Shown here: piece by piece, positions 41,389-51,608 of the stretch
How the letters are laid out: each line of letters opens with the position of its first letter
Numbering within the stretch: position 1 is the first letter of the stretch
Assembly (NCBI GenBank): GCA_029979505.1
Contig: JAPOHH010000003.1
Coordinates: forward strand, 8,635-72,634
DNA from: a bacterium
GTDB lineage: Bacteria > Pseudomonadota > Gammaproteobacteria > GCA-002705445 > GCA-002716945
DNA: 64,000 nt
Direction: 5' to 3'
Notes under the pieces: model-generated
Database searches by the model: none
Told to the model about the DNA's origin: nothing
What the model saw: the letters and a program-made list of their open reading frames with translations, nothing else
Program-made: the position numbers and the translations under genes

Positions 41389-42144
41389 TTAACTTTTCGG
41401 TAACTTACAAACAGGAATAGGCTTCATCTTATGAGAATTATTGAGCCTGATTTTTTCATATTCATTTCTGTTGATAGATTTGATGTTAGTCATTGCTTCC
41501 TCTAGCTCTTCGTATGACATACCTAGTTGATTCTCATCTGTTCTACCATCGTCCCACAACCCGTCTGTAGGTTCTGCATTGATTATTCTTTGATCTATTC
41601 CAAGCGTAATTGATAAATCTTTTACATCAGATTTCATTAAATCAGCGATTGGAGAAATATCAACACCTCCATCACCATATTTTGTATAAAATCCTACACC
41701 AAAATCTTCTACCTTATTGCCTGTCCCTATAACTAAACCATGATTTGATGCTGCAACTTGATACAATGTCATCATTCTTAATCTAGCTTTTGAATTAGCG
41801 AAACCGAGTTCTGACTCTTGATGCGTCCCTTGTAGAGTAGCATAAAATGACTGATACACTTTTGTTAAATCGATGACATGATGGCTTACATTATTGTATT
41901 TATTAATTAACCACTTAGAATGTATGCTTCCTAAATCAACTTGATTAGGATTAGTTTTTATTGGCATAGTCACAACGATTGTATTGATGCCGGTAATACT
42001 AGCAAGAGTGCTAGTTAGAGCTGAATCTATACCGCCAGATACTCCAATAACAAGCGTTTCAGCAGAATTAGGCATTTCATTTACATAATCGACAATCCAC
42101 TGGGCTATATATTGAATTTTCTGCGTATTATTCATCATAGGCAT
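41389..42144 (-). CDS. nadE: NH3-dependent NAD+ synthetase
   Basis: GVSGGIDS, N.KARLRM, GTGNKVE, TKYGDGG, PTDGLW..TDE; no glutaminase domain. Confidence 0.96.
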   Translation of the reverse strand: MPMMNNTQKIQYIAQWIVDYVNEMPNSAETLVIGVSGGIDSALTSTLASITGINTIVVTMPIKTNPNQVDLGSIHSKWLINKYNNVSHHVIDLTKVYQSFYATLQGTHQESELGFANSKARLRMMTLYQVAASNHGLVIGTGNKVEDFGVGFYTKYGDGGVDISPIADLMKSDVKDLSITLGIDQRIINAEPTDGLWDDGRTDENQLGMSYEELEEAMTNIKSINRNEYEKIRLNNSHKMKPIPVCKLPKS

Positions 42145-42183
42145 ATATTAATTTAGTAGTTTGTATGAAATAATTTTAACATT

Positions 42184-42375
42184 GTGAAATTTATTATAAT
42201 TATTATAACTTTAGTAATTGCTTATTACCTAATAAATATTAGAAAGAGAAGCAAAGAAAAGCAAAATATGGCTACTAATAATATGGTTTTGTGCTTAGAA
42301 TGTGGTTATCATGTTCCAAAAAACTGTAAATGTAACTCATCAAAAGAGGTTAGTGAGTGTAGGAATAAGAAATGA
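42184..42375 (+). CDS. PP0621-like small membrane/zinc-finger protein
   Basis: N-terminal TM, MVLCLECGYHVP motif; position next to nadE matches this family. Confidence 0.7.
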   Translation: MKFIIIIITLVIAYYLINIRKRSKEKQNMATNNMVLCLECGYHVPKNCKCNSSKEVSECRNKK

Positions 42376-42452
42376 AAGAAAGACAACCATTACTGATTAC
42401 TTTACTACTTATAATGACCTTAGGTATTACGTTAACATATATATTTAGATAA
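42372..42452 (+). CDS. 26-aa single-TM microprotein, not in ORF track
   Basis: MKERQPLLITLLLIMTLGITLTYIFR; ATGA overlap with the upstream stop and TAATG overlap with the coaE start. Confidence 0.6.
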   Translation: MKERQPLLITLLLIMTLGITLTYIFR

Positions 42453-43009
42453 TGAATTATATTGTTACAGGGCTTTTGTGTTCTGGAAAGAGTACCTTCT
42501 TAGAGGCAGCTAAAGCTAATGATTTTCAGACATTGTACTCAGATAAATTAGTAGAAAAACTTTACGAAGATTCATCTATAATTAATAAGCTACAGAAAAA
42601 ATTTAATAATGAAGATTTATCAGTTAATCCAAAAGAGCACATAAAGAAACTTTTTTTTAAATCAAATACAAATAAGAATATTATTGAATCAATAATTCAT
42701 CCAGAGGTGCATAATATAATTCATAAAGAATTAGAGAAAAATAATAATTTAATTGTGGAAATTCCTCCATTATTGAATAATTATGAGTTATTAAAAGATA
42801 ATAATTCAGTTTTTATAGATGCTGATATAGAAAATAGAAAAATGAGATTCTTAAAACGTAAAAATAAAGCAGAAGTATCAACTTTTGAAAAAATAAATAA
42901 CATGCAATCAGATTATATGAAGCTCAAAATGACCTGTGACTTAATTATATACAATAATCATAAAGAGAATTTTAATAAATATTTTGGAATAGAAATTATC
43001 AAATCATGA
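42452..43009 (+). CDS. coaE: Dephospho-CoA kinase (divergent)
   Basis: TGLLCSGKST P-loop, IIHPEV, EIPPL; directly upstream of zapD. Confidence 0.88.
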   Translation: MNYIVTGLLCSGKSTFLEAAKANDFQTLYSDKLVEKLYEDSSIINKLQKKFNNEDLSVNPKEHIKKLFFKSNTNKNIIESIIHPEVHNIIHKELEKNNNLIVEIPPLLNNYELLKDNNSVFIDADIENRKMRFLKRKNKAEVSTFEKINNMQSDYMKLKMTCDLIIYNNHKENFNKYFGIEIIKS

Positions 43010-43767
43010 GTACTTTATCAGATTCACATGCAGCTATATATGAGGAACCTTTTGATGAGAGAATAAGAAAGTTTCTCAAACTAGAGAGTTATTTCCATAA
43101 GTTAGACTATCATAAAAAGAATGATTCAGCTTTTGACTCTTTCTGTGCCTTGACAAATATGATCTCAATCTATAAAACACTCGCACGTGTTGAGGTGAAG
43201 AGTGAGTTGATAAGAGAGATTGATACACATAAATCACGCTATCAAGAATATATCAAATTTGATGGTGCAGACAAAATAAAGTTAGGGTCAATAATGGAAA
43301 AACAAGACTATATTTTGAATAATTTACATAACTTAAAACTAAATTACTTAAATGATTTAAATAATGATGAGTTTTTTCAATTTTGTATAAAACACTTTGA
43401 TAGTAACAATAGTGAACTAGATTATTGGTTAACAAGAGATCATACAATGAGACTCAATCAATTAAATTTATGGTTAGAATTAGTCAAACCTATAGAAAAC
43501 TCTATTGCGTTCTGTCTTGATATTCTAAGAAAAAGCTCAGAAACAAATGAAATTTGTGCAAGCAATGGCTTTCATCTCGTAAAAATTAGCAATGAAAAAA
43601 AAATTAGATTATTAAGAATTACTATGCAATCAGATAATTACTATTTTCCAAGAATAAGTGTAGGACCGCAAAGAGCTACTATAACGTTTATGATACTTAG
43701 TGAGACTAATAAGTTCATACAATTAAAAGAAAATGTTCCATTTGTTTTAGATCTTTGCTACATATAG
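43006..43767 (+). CDS. zapD: Cell division protein ZapD
   Basis: YEEPFDERIRKFLKLE, R.EVKSELIREI, LDILR, FPRIS; coaE-zapD synteny. Confidence 0.9.
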   Translation: MSTLSDSHAAIYEEPFDERIRKFLKLESYFHKLDYHKKNDSAFDSFCALTNMISIYKTLARVEVKSELIREIDTHKSRYQEYIKFDGADKIKLGSIMEKQDYILNNLHNLKLNYLNDLNNDEFFQFCIKHFDSNNSELDYWLTRDHTMRLNQLNLWLELVKPIENSIAFCLDILRKSSETNEICASNGFHLVKISNEKKIRLLRITMQSDNYYFPRISVGPQRATITFMILSETNKFIQLKENVPFVLDLCYI

Positions 43768-44667
43768 TTAAAAAGTACTTATTCCTGCTATACCGAAACC
43801 ATAATTCTCTATCGATAATTTATAGTCCTCTCCTTTTGATGATATTCCCCCGAGAGCATATGTTGGAACGTAGGATTCTTTGCTTAATTTAGCAAAACCC
43901 TCCCAATCAATAATTTTATAGTTACTGTGCGTTTGTTTAACAGGTGAGACCAATATAAAATCATAAAGTTTTTCATTACATGATTTTATATCATCTATTG
44001 TGTGACATGATGCTGAATGAATTAGCGGTGAATCAGATTTATTTATAATAAGTTTATCTATGTAATTACTTGAATAGTGAATTCCATCAAATGAGTCGTC
44101 CCACTCATTTGAGTATTGATAATCTATTATTAATTTACCTGAGTATCTTTGAGATATTAATGTGTTTTTTATATTATTAACATAATAGTTATAATCTATC
44201 CCTCTTAATCGAATAGCTCCATAACATGAGAAGTTTATGTAATGATTTTTTTCAAAACTATCTACCGTAAGTATCTTTAATAGTCTAGGGAGATTTAGTA
44301 GTCTAAGAATCCTATTATGAGTTGGCAAGATAGACATAGTTTTATCTGAACTATACTTTACTATCTTTCTATTCTCTCTAGATTTAATTTTTCCAATATA
44401 TTTGAATATTTTATAAATGTTTATTTTAATTAATATATCGCCATACAAGTGTTTTATACAACCAAGATAATTATATTTTTTAATTCTAATATCTAGCTCT
44501 TCATAAATTTCTCTTTCTAGACATTTATCAGGTGTTTCTGATTGATTAGATTTTCCACCTGGAAATTCGATATGTCCTTTATAAGGAAACTTATTCCTCT
44601 GTAAACATATATATTTTGAATTATCGCTAATTAAAGCAATTGATATTTCAATTTCATTAAAACCCAT
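43768..44667 (-). CDS. Nudix hydrolase (MutT-like) fused to a thiamine-phosphate-synthase-like TIM barrel
   Basis: EFPGGK....E......REIYEE Nudix box; ASCH, SPV..T.S, PTYALGG. Confidence 0.9.
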   Translation of the reverse strand: MGFNEIEISIALISDNSKYICLQRNKFPYKGHIEFPGGKSNQSETPDKCLEREIYEELDIRIKKYNYLGCIKHLYGDILIKINIYKIFKYIGKIKSRENRKIVKYSSDKTMSILPTHNRILRLLNLPRLLKILTVDSFEKNHYINFSCYGAIRLRGIDYNYYVNNIKNTLISQRYSGKLIIDYQYSNEWDDSFDGIHYSSNYIDKLIINKSDSPLIHSASCHTIDDIKSCNEKLYDFILVSPVKQTHSNYKIIDWEGFAKLSKESYVPTYALGGISSKGEDYKLSIENYGFGIAGISTF

Positions 44668-45827
44668 TACGTAGTGTATTCAGAATTAATGTGCACATAT
44701 TCATGAGATAAGTCAGAGAAATATAGGGATTGGCTATGCTTACCAATACCAAGATCAATAATTATTTTAATATTATTTTTTTTCATGGATTGTGAGAGTT
44801 TTTTAGAGCCAGCGTCTTTAGGGATTCCATCAGAGAAACATAATATATCGTTTATAAACAGTTTTACTTTAGAAATATCTATAGTCAAATCATTCAGTGA
44901 TCCGAGACTAGCAATAATTCTTCCCCAGTTAGGATCCTCACCATACATAGCAGTTTTTACAAGTAATGAATGAGAAATTTTTCTTGATATTTGTTGAGCA
45001 GCAGTGAGTGATTTTGAGTTTATAACATTCAATTCTATAACTTTAGTAGCACCTTCACCGTCTTTTACAATAAGTGATGATAATGTTATAAAAAAATCTG
45101 ATGCGCATTCTAAAAACTTAGTTAGAATTTTTTGATTATTTAGATTGATATCAATAGTATTAGTTGTTGTGAAAGAAACGCAATCATTTGTAGACATGTC
45201 ACCATCTACAGATATTGAATTGAATGATAAGTTTGAACAATATTGTAAACATTTTTTCATATTTTTTTTATCAAGCTTTACATCTGTCTCTATGAATGCA
45301 AGCATTGTTGCCATATTAGGCTCTATCATACCTGCGCCTTTACAAATACCTCTAAAATGTATTTTTTTAGATGCAATAGTATAAGTTTTAGTTTTATATT
45401 TAGGGAACTTATCTGTTGTCATGATAGCTATAGCAGACTCTTTTAGTGAAGAATATTTATTGAATTTTTGATTGATAATGGCTTTATATATCTTTTCTAT
45501 AGGCAATTGTCTCCCAATTATACCTGTCGACATAATTATAATTTCATGTGTCTTACAATTAAGTTTAGATGACAATGTTTCTAATATTTTATTTACATTA
45601 TCAAAACCTTCTTTTCCAGTGCAAGCGTTTGCATTACCTGAATTAATAAAAATATATTTTGGATTTGCTTTAGATATATTTTTTTTTGAGATAATCACAG
45701 GAGCAGCTGCAAACTTATTAAGAGTTGATATAATCTGCGTATAACTATTATCGGGTAAAAATATTAATAAACCATCAGTTTTATTTTTTTTTATTCCAAG
45801 CTGCAATGTAATAAATTTTGACTTCAT
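44667..45827 (-). CDS. argJ: Ornithine acetyltransferase / N-acetylglutamate synthase
   Basis: NSGNANACTG, IMTTD, KGAGMIEPNMATML, DGEGATK, DPNWGR; ATG 45827 overlaps the secA stop (TAATG). Confidence 0.97.
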   Translation of the reverse strand: MKSKFITLQLGIKKNKTDGLLIFLPDNSYTQIISTLNKFAAAPVIISKKNISKANPKYIFINSGNANACTGKEGFDNVNKILETLSSKLNCKTHEIIIMSTGIIGRQLPIEKIYKAIINQKFNKYSSLKESAIAIMTTDKFPKYKTKTYTIASKKIHFRGICKGAGMIEPNMATMLAFIETDVKLDKKNMKKCLQYCSNLSFNSISVDGDMSTNDCVSFTTTNTIDINLNNQKILTKFLECASDFFITLSSLIVKDGEGATKVIELNVINSKSLTAAQQISRKISHSLLVKTAMYGEDPNWGRIIASLGSLNDLTIDISKVKLFINDILCFSDGIPKDAGSKKLSQSMKKNNIKIIIDLGIGKHSQSLYFSDLSHEYVHINSEYTT

Positions 45828-48409
45828 TATAATTTGCCACAACATTGTTTATATTTCATATTTGTCACTGGACATCTTTTGTTTCTAGGCACATCACTTT
45901 CATTAGAATTAAGTAAACATCTTGGATCATCTACTTTTTTTCTAACCTCTCTTTTTGATGATTCATTTATAGATTGTGTATTATAATTATCAATTTTTAT
46001 TCTACAACAAATCTTTAATATTTCTTTGCTAATTTCCATGAGCATAATATTAAACATCTCAAATGATTCTTTTTTATATTCATTTTTTGGATTCTTTTGT
46101 GCATAGCTTCTTAGCCCTATCGACTGTCTTAGATAGTCCATGGAACTTAGATGATTTCTATACTCTTCATCAATGACAGCTAAACAAATATTTTTTATAA
46201 GAACATTATATTCTTCAACTGAAATATTTTTTGTGTTGAACTTTATTTTTTCAAGCAACATTGATATTAAATTATCTTTCAATTGATTATAGTCAATAAT
46301 ATTGTCTTTGATATATTCCTCAAATCTAATATCCAATAAGAAATCAGATTTCATTGAATTATTTAACTCAGTAAAATTTGTATTCTGCATGTTTAAATCA
46401 TCATCATTAATTTCAATATAGTCATGTATATAATTAGAAATGATATTCTTTAATAAATTATCAGCATCTTTAGTTAAAATAAAATCACGTTGTTGATATA
46501 TTAGTTTTCTTTGTTCATTTGATATATCGTCATATTCTAAAAGGTTTTTTCTTATGTCAAAATTATGCGCTTCTACCCTTCTTTGTGCGTTTTCAATAGA
46601 TTTTGATACCCATTTATGTTCTATTGCCTCACCATCTTGCATGCCGAGTTTTTTCATTATCTCTGAGACTTTATCTGATGCAAATATACGCATTAGATTA
46701 TCTTCAAGTGATAAAAAGAATCTTGATACACCAGGGTCTCCTTGTCTTCCCGATCTTCCTCTGAGTTGATTATCGATTCTTCTAGACTCATGTCTTTCAG
46801 TTCCCATTACGTATAGCCCACCTAATGATTTTACTTTTTCGTTATTTGTTATCCATTCATTATTATTATCATCATCTTTATAACCGCCTAGGACTATATC
46901 AGTTCCTCGTCCAGCCATATTAGTTGCAATCGTGATTGAGTTTAGCGCCCCAGCATTTTGAATAATTTCAGCTTCCTTTTGATGATATTTTGCATTGAGA
47001 ACGTTATGTTTAATCTTATTTTTTTTTAAATATTTTGATATATTTTCAGATGCATCTACAGATGTGGTACCAACAAGAATCGGTTGACCTGTAGCATGTA
47101 TATCTGTAATCTCTTTAAGAATATGAGTATATTTTTCTTTTTCAGTAAGAAAAACTAAATCAACTTTGTCATCACGAATAAGTTTTCTATTAGGTGGTAT
47201 CTGTACAACTTCAAGGTTATATATTTGTTGAAATTCTTCAGCTTCTGTATCAGCGGTTCCTGTCATACCAGAAATTTTATTAAACATCCTAAAATAATTC
47301 TGAAATGTTATGGATGCATATGTTTGGTTTTCTTGTTTAATAGAAACATTTTCTTTAGCTTCAATGGCCTGATGTAGGCCTTCAGACCATCTTCTGCCAG
47401 ACATTTTTCTTCCTGTAAATTCATCAATAATTACTATTTCAGTATTTTCTACTACATAATCAATATCCTTTTTATAAATTAAATGAGCTTTAAGAGCAGA
47501 GTCTATATGACTAAATAATTGTATATTAGTTGTACTATATATATCTTCGGAGGATTTGATTAAATTATTATCTAACAAAATATTTTCAATAGTGGATTGA
47601 CCCTTTTCTGTCAAAGAAACAGATTTTTGTTTTTCCTCTATTGAATATAAATCATTATCATCTTTATTTAAAAATATTTTAATAATCTTATTAATTTTAG
47701 CATAGGTATCATTGACCTTATTATTAGATCCTGAAATAACTAACGGTGTTCTAGCTTCATCTATAAGTACGGAATCAACTTCATCAATAATCGCATAACT
47801 AAGTATGGATTGATTTTTATCATCTTGACTCATCGCCATATTATCTCTGAGATAATCAAAACCGAATTCATTATTAGTTCCGTATACAACATCAGATTTA
47901 TAGATTTCTCTTCTACTTGAGGCTGGAACATTGCTATTAATATAACCAACAGACAAACCTAAATACTCATATATAGTTCCCATCCAACTTGAGTCTCTTT
48001 CAGCAAGATAATCGTTTACAGTAACTATGAAGACTGGATAGCCTGTAAGTGAATTAAGATAAGCCGGCAGTGTACTAACTAGTGTTTTTCCTTCACCAGT
48101 TTTCATCTCACTTATTTTTCCTTCATGAAGAGCTATGCCTCCCATCAATTGCTCATCAAAATGTCTCATACCAAGTGTACGTATTGAAGCCTCCCTTACA
48201 ACTGCAAACGCATCTGGCAACAACTCATCAAGGCAGGCTGATTTAGCATACCGTTCTCTCAATGAAATTGTCGTATTCTTTAAGTCAGAATCCGATAAAT
48301 TTTGATATTTTTTCTCTAAATCATTAATACTCTTTACAATAATCTTATAATCTTTAATAAGTCTAGAGTTACGGCTACCAATTATTTTTTTTATGAAATT
48401 ACCAATCAT
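45827..48409 (-). CDS. secA: Preprotein translocase subunit SecA
   Basis: MKTGEGKT, DEVDS.LIDEARTPL, TNMAGRGTDI, QLRGRSGRQGD; atypical C-terminal Cys motif. Confidence 0.99.
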   Translation of the reverse strand: MIGNFIKKIIGSRNSRLIKDYKIIVKSINDLEKKYQNLSDSDLKNTTISLRERYAKSACLDELLPDAFAVVREASIRTLGMRHFDEQLMGGIALHEGKISEMKTGEGKTLVSTLPAYLNSLTGYPVFIVTVNDYLAERDSSWMGTIYEYLGLSVGYINSNVPASSRREIYKSDVVYGTNNEFGFDYLRDNMAMSQDDKNQSILSYAIIDEVDSVLIDEARTPLVISGSNNKVNDTYAKINKIIKIFLNKDDNDLYSIEEKQKSVSLTEKGQSTIENILLDNNLIKSSEDIYSTTNIQLFSHIDSALKAHLIYKKDIDYVVENTEIVIIDEFTGRKMSGRRWSEGLHQAIEAKENVSIKQENQTYASITFQNYFRMFNKISGMTGTADTEAEEFQQIYNLEVVQIPPNRKLIRDDKVDLVFLTEKEKYTHILKEITDIHATGQPILVGTTSVDASENISKYLKKNKIKHNVLNAKYHQKEAEIIQNAGALNSITIATNMAGRGTDIVLGGYKDDDNNNEWITNNEKVKSLGGLYVMGTERHESRRIDNQLRGRSGRQGDPGVSRFFLSLEDNLMRIFASDKVSEIMKKLGMQDGEAIEHKWVSKSIENAQRRVEAHNFDIRKNLLEYDDISNEQRKLIYQQRDFILTKDADNLLKNIISNYIHDYIEINDDDLNMQNTNFTELNNSMKSDFLLDIRFEEYIKDNIIDYNQLKDNLISMLLEKIKFNTKNISVEEYNVLIKNICLAVIDEEYRNHLSSMDYLRQSIGLRSYAQKNPKNEYKKESFEMFNIMLMEISKEILKICCRIKIDNYNTQSINESSKREVRKKVDDPRCLLNSNESDVPRNKRCPVTNMKYKQCCGKL

Positions 48410-48459
48410 TTTTTTCTACTTAAGAGGATATGGTTTATCATACAATAAATAGAGGTTTT

Positions 48460-48744
48460 ATGAAAAAAATATCCGATTTTATACCTGATAAAGTAATTAA
48501 AAAGAAAGAGAATATTGATGAACTCAACAGTATACTCAAAAGTAATATAGATATTGAGGTTGTAGATAAAATTGACGTGATAAATTTTTCAGATTCCTCA
48601 ATAATCATAGAATGCGAAAATAGCTCTGTTGCATCTATCATCAAGTTTGAAAGAGAGAAATACATACAAATATTCAAAAATTACGGTATGTATAATATTC
48701 AGGATTTAAAAGTAAAAATTAAAATGCCTCAGCAGCCTGAGTGA
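48460..48744 (+). CDS. DciA/DUF721 family protein (putative)
   Basis: Position between secA and lpxC on the opposite strand, size, [13 protein letters not shown] pattern; AGAGGT Shine-Dalgarno before ATG 48460. Confidence 0.65.
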   Translation: MKKISDFIPDKVIKKKENIDELNSILKSNIDIEVVDKIDVINFSDSSIIIECENSSVASIIKFEREKYIQIFKNYGMYNIQDLKVKIKMPQQPE

Positions 48745-49627
48745 ATAGTATAGGAGATTTAGATTCATCTTCTATAATTACTTGTTCCCAAGCACTTTCA
48801 TTATTAACTAATTCTCTTAATAAAAGATTATTAAGATGGTGACCCGATTTATATGCTGAGAATGAGCCTATTAAACTATGTCCGAGCAAATAAAGATCGC
48901 CAATCGCATCAAGAATTTTATGCTTCACAAATTCATCTTTATATCTCAGTCCATCTTCATTAATAATTTTATAGTCATCAATTACAATCGCATTATTTAC
49001 ACTACCACCAAGTGCAAGATTATTTTTTCTTAAATTTTCAATATCTTTAGCAAAACCAAATGTTCTAGCTCTACTTACTTGGCTTAAGTAAGATATTGTT
49101 GAGAAGTCAATAGTTGAATTTTGAGTTTCTCTAGGAAACGAAGGATGATCAAAGTCTATAGTAAAAGAAACCTTAAAGCCATTGTATGGTTCTATTTTAG
49201 CCCATTTATCATTCTGTTTAACTTCAATATCTTTAATTATTTTTATGAATCGTTTGGGATGGTTTTGTTCACATATTCCAGCAGATTGAATTAAAAAAAC
49301 AAAAGGACGTGAACTTCCATCCATTATAGGTACTTCAGGTCCATCAAGCTCTATTACTGCATTATCAATTCCTAAACCTGCTAAAGCAGAAAGTAAATGT
49401 TCAACCGTAGATACTGATGATTCTGCTGAAGATATAGTTGTTGATAATCTAGTATCATGAACATTGTTTAATGAAGCAGATATTGGTGAATCTGAAATAT
49501 CTTTCCTGACAAAGACAATGCCTTTATCTGGTTGACCAGGATTAATTCTTAGATTTATTTTTCTACCAGTATGTAGACCAACTCCAGTTGCTGTAATACT
49601 GCTTGCCAAAGTTCTTTGTTTTAACAT
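48719..49627 (-). CDS. lpxC: UDP-3-O-acyl-GlcNAc deacetylase
   Basis: [37 protein letters not shown]. Confidence 0.99.
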   Translation of the reverse strand: MLKQRTLASSITATGVGLHTGRKINLRINPGQPDKGIVFVRKDISDSPISASLNNVHDTRLSTTISSAESSVSTVEHLLSALAGLGIDNAVIELDGPEVPIMDGSSRPFVFLIQSAGICEQNHPKRFIKIIKDIEVKQNDKWAKIEPYNGFKVSFTIDFDHPSFPRETQNSTIDFSTISYLSQVSRARTFGFAKDIENLRKNNLALGGSVNNAIVIDDYKIINEDGLRYKDEFVKHKILDAIGDLYLLGHSLIGSFSAYKSGHHLNNLLLRELVNNESAWEQVIIEDESKSPILFTQAAEAF

Positions 49628-49690
49628 ATCGAAATATTACCAAATAGTTATAAATGTTACAAATATAGATTATTAGACCATATCTAGACG

Positions 49691-50935
49691 TTAAAGTTCT
49701 TTTTGGAAGTAATTAGAGAGCTTTCTGGTGAATTTGTTGATTAAATTAGCAATTTTAGACGGATATTTATTAGATGAAGATAGGTTTTTCAATTTCTTCT
49801 CTCTGTAAAGTAAAAGCCCAACTGCTGTAGAATACCGTGTTTTTCCCCTTAAATCTTCGAGCCCTTTAATACTTTTTGGAGAACCTATTCTCGATGGTGT
49901 CTTAAAAAATGATTCCGCATGATTATCAAGACCATCAAGTTTGGCTCCACCTCCTGTAAATACCAAGCCCGCACGTATCTTACTTGCATAACCGCTGTCA
50001 TGAATTTCTTTTTGTATAGCATCAAATATTTCATTTATCCTGGCTGTGATAATTTGTGACACTATTGTTTTACTAGTTTCAGTATCAGGCTTATCTGAAA
50101 CAGATGGGACAGGAATTTTCAAATTCATGTCTTCATCAGATGACACACATCCATATTGAATTTTTATTTCTTCCGCAGCCTCTAATGATGTACATAATAT
50201 TATTCTGATATCATTTGTTATCATTTGACTACCTATGGGAATAACAGCAGTGTGTTTAATCGTACCCTCAGTAAAAATAGCAACATCAGTCGTGCCACAG
50301 CCTATATCAATTAAACATACACCGAGATCTCTCTCCTCATCTGATAAAACAGCTTCACTGGATGCAACAGGTTGTAGTACAAAATGATCAATCTCTAGAA
50401 GACTATTATTAATACATTTTGTTAAATTTCTTTTTGCTGTAGAAGATGTAGTAATGATATGAACGTTAGCTTCGAGTCTACCTCCAGCCATACCTTTTGG
50501 TTCCCTTATACCTGTTTGACCATCAATGGTATAGTACTGATCTATGACATGGAGTATTTCTTGATCTTTAGGTATTTGGATGTTCTGAGCATTAGCAATT
50601 ACTTTTTCTTTATCCTCTTCTGTCACCTCATCATTCATTATGTTCACAGCACCATTACCGTTATAACTTTGAATGTGATTACCTGCGATACCAGTAGTTA
50701 CAGACTCAATATTGCAACTAGACATGCTGCTTGCTTTTTCTTTAGCACGTCTTACACTTGATACAGTAGCATCAATTTCTGAGATAACACCCTTATTTAG
50801 ACCTGTGCAAGGTTCATTTCCAATGCCTATAATTCTAAGCTCACCCTTATCATCAATATCAGCTACTAGACAGAGCACTTTAGATGTGCCAATGTCAAGA
50901 GCTACAAGAGTATCAGTACTTTTTATAGTATTCAT
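49691..50935 (-). CDS. ftsA: Cell division protein FtsA
   Basis: LDIGTSKV, DIGCGTTD, AEEIK..YG, VFTGGG, C-terminal amphipathic helix. Confidence 0.98.
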   Translation of the reverse strand: MNTIKSTDTLVALDIGTSKVLCLVADIDDKGELRIIGIGNEPCTGLNKGVISEIDATVSSVRRAKEKASSMSSCNIESVTTGIAGNHIQSYNGNGAVNIMNDEVTEEDKEKVIANAQNIQIPKDQEILHVIDQYYTIDGQTGIREPKGMAGGRLEANVHIITTSSTAKRNLTKCINNSLLEIDHFVLQPVASSEAVLSDEERDLGVCLIDIGCGTTDVAIFTEGTIKHTAVIPIGSQMITNDIRIILCTSLEAAEEIKIQYGCVSSDEDMNLKIPVPSVSDKPDTETSKTIVSQIITARINEIFDAIQKEIHDSGYASKIRAGLVFTGGGAKLDGLDNHAESFFKTPSRIGSPKSIKGLEDLRGKTRYSTAVGLLLYREKKLKNLSSSNKYPSKIANLINKFTRKLSNYFQKEL

Positions 50936-50963
50936 TATGAAGTATTATATCTTATTTGGTCGC

Positions 50964-51608
50964 CTATTTGATAGCAAAACCATTGGAATATCTCATATCA
51001 ATTGAAGTAATTTTTTTTCTATGTACTCTAGATATTTCATCAAACGACAAGATTAATCTTTTTATATTTTTATTAAAGTTAGACCTATCAGAAATAAGTG
51101 TTAGAGAATCAGTATATATTCTGATCAATGAATGAAATATTTCTATCTTATTAATCTTAAGATTAATCATACTTAACTGTTCCTGTGAAAAAACGAATAC
51201 ATTATTAGAAAAAGTGACATCATTATAGTGATCAACTATAATTGGCAGCTTGTACGTATACTCCTTGATATCGATTAAGCTTCCATTGCTAGTCAATATT
51301 TTATTATCGTACTTGGCGATAGGTTTATGATGGAATATTCTAATTTCAAGTGTGGATGGAAATGATTTTTTTATCTCTGCATGTCTAATCTGATTATCAG
51401 ACATTATATTCTTTTGAATAATATCAATATCTGTAAGTAGTAAGTCATTTCCGTATAGCGAACTAATTAACTTATTTAATCTGGCTTCATTATAGTTTTT
51501 TTCAGAAGAAATTATCTTCACTTCATTTATGGGAAAAGAGATGATTCCAGATTTATATGTAATTACTAAAATAAGAGCTACAATTATAGAAACTATTATT
51601 CTGGACAT
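50964..51608 (-). CDS. ftsQ: Cell division protein FtsQ (short, divergent)
   Basis: TM, POTRA-like region ending KKSFPSTLEI..KPIA, C-terminal IDMRYSNGFAI; between ddl and ftsA. Confidence 0.88.
   Translation of the reverse strand: MSRIIVSIIVALILVITYKSGIISFPINEVKIISSEKNYNEARLNKLISSLYGNDLLLTDIDIIQKNIMSDNQIRHAEIKKSFPSTLEIRIFHHKPIAKYDNKILTSNGSLIDIKEYTYKLPIIVDHYNDVTFSNNVFVFSQEQLSMINLKINKIEIFHSLIRIYTDSLTLISDRSNFNKNIKRLILSFDEISRVHRKKITSIDMRYSNGFAIK

Noticed and set aside
43768-44667. Nudix-ThiE-like fusion as a novelty
   Set aside because: This fusion downstream of secA-argJ is well known in Gamma- and Betaproteobacteria.
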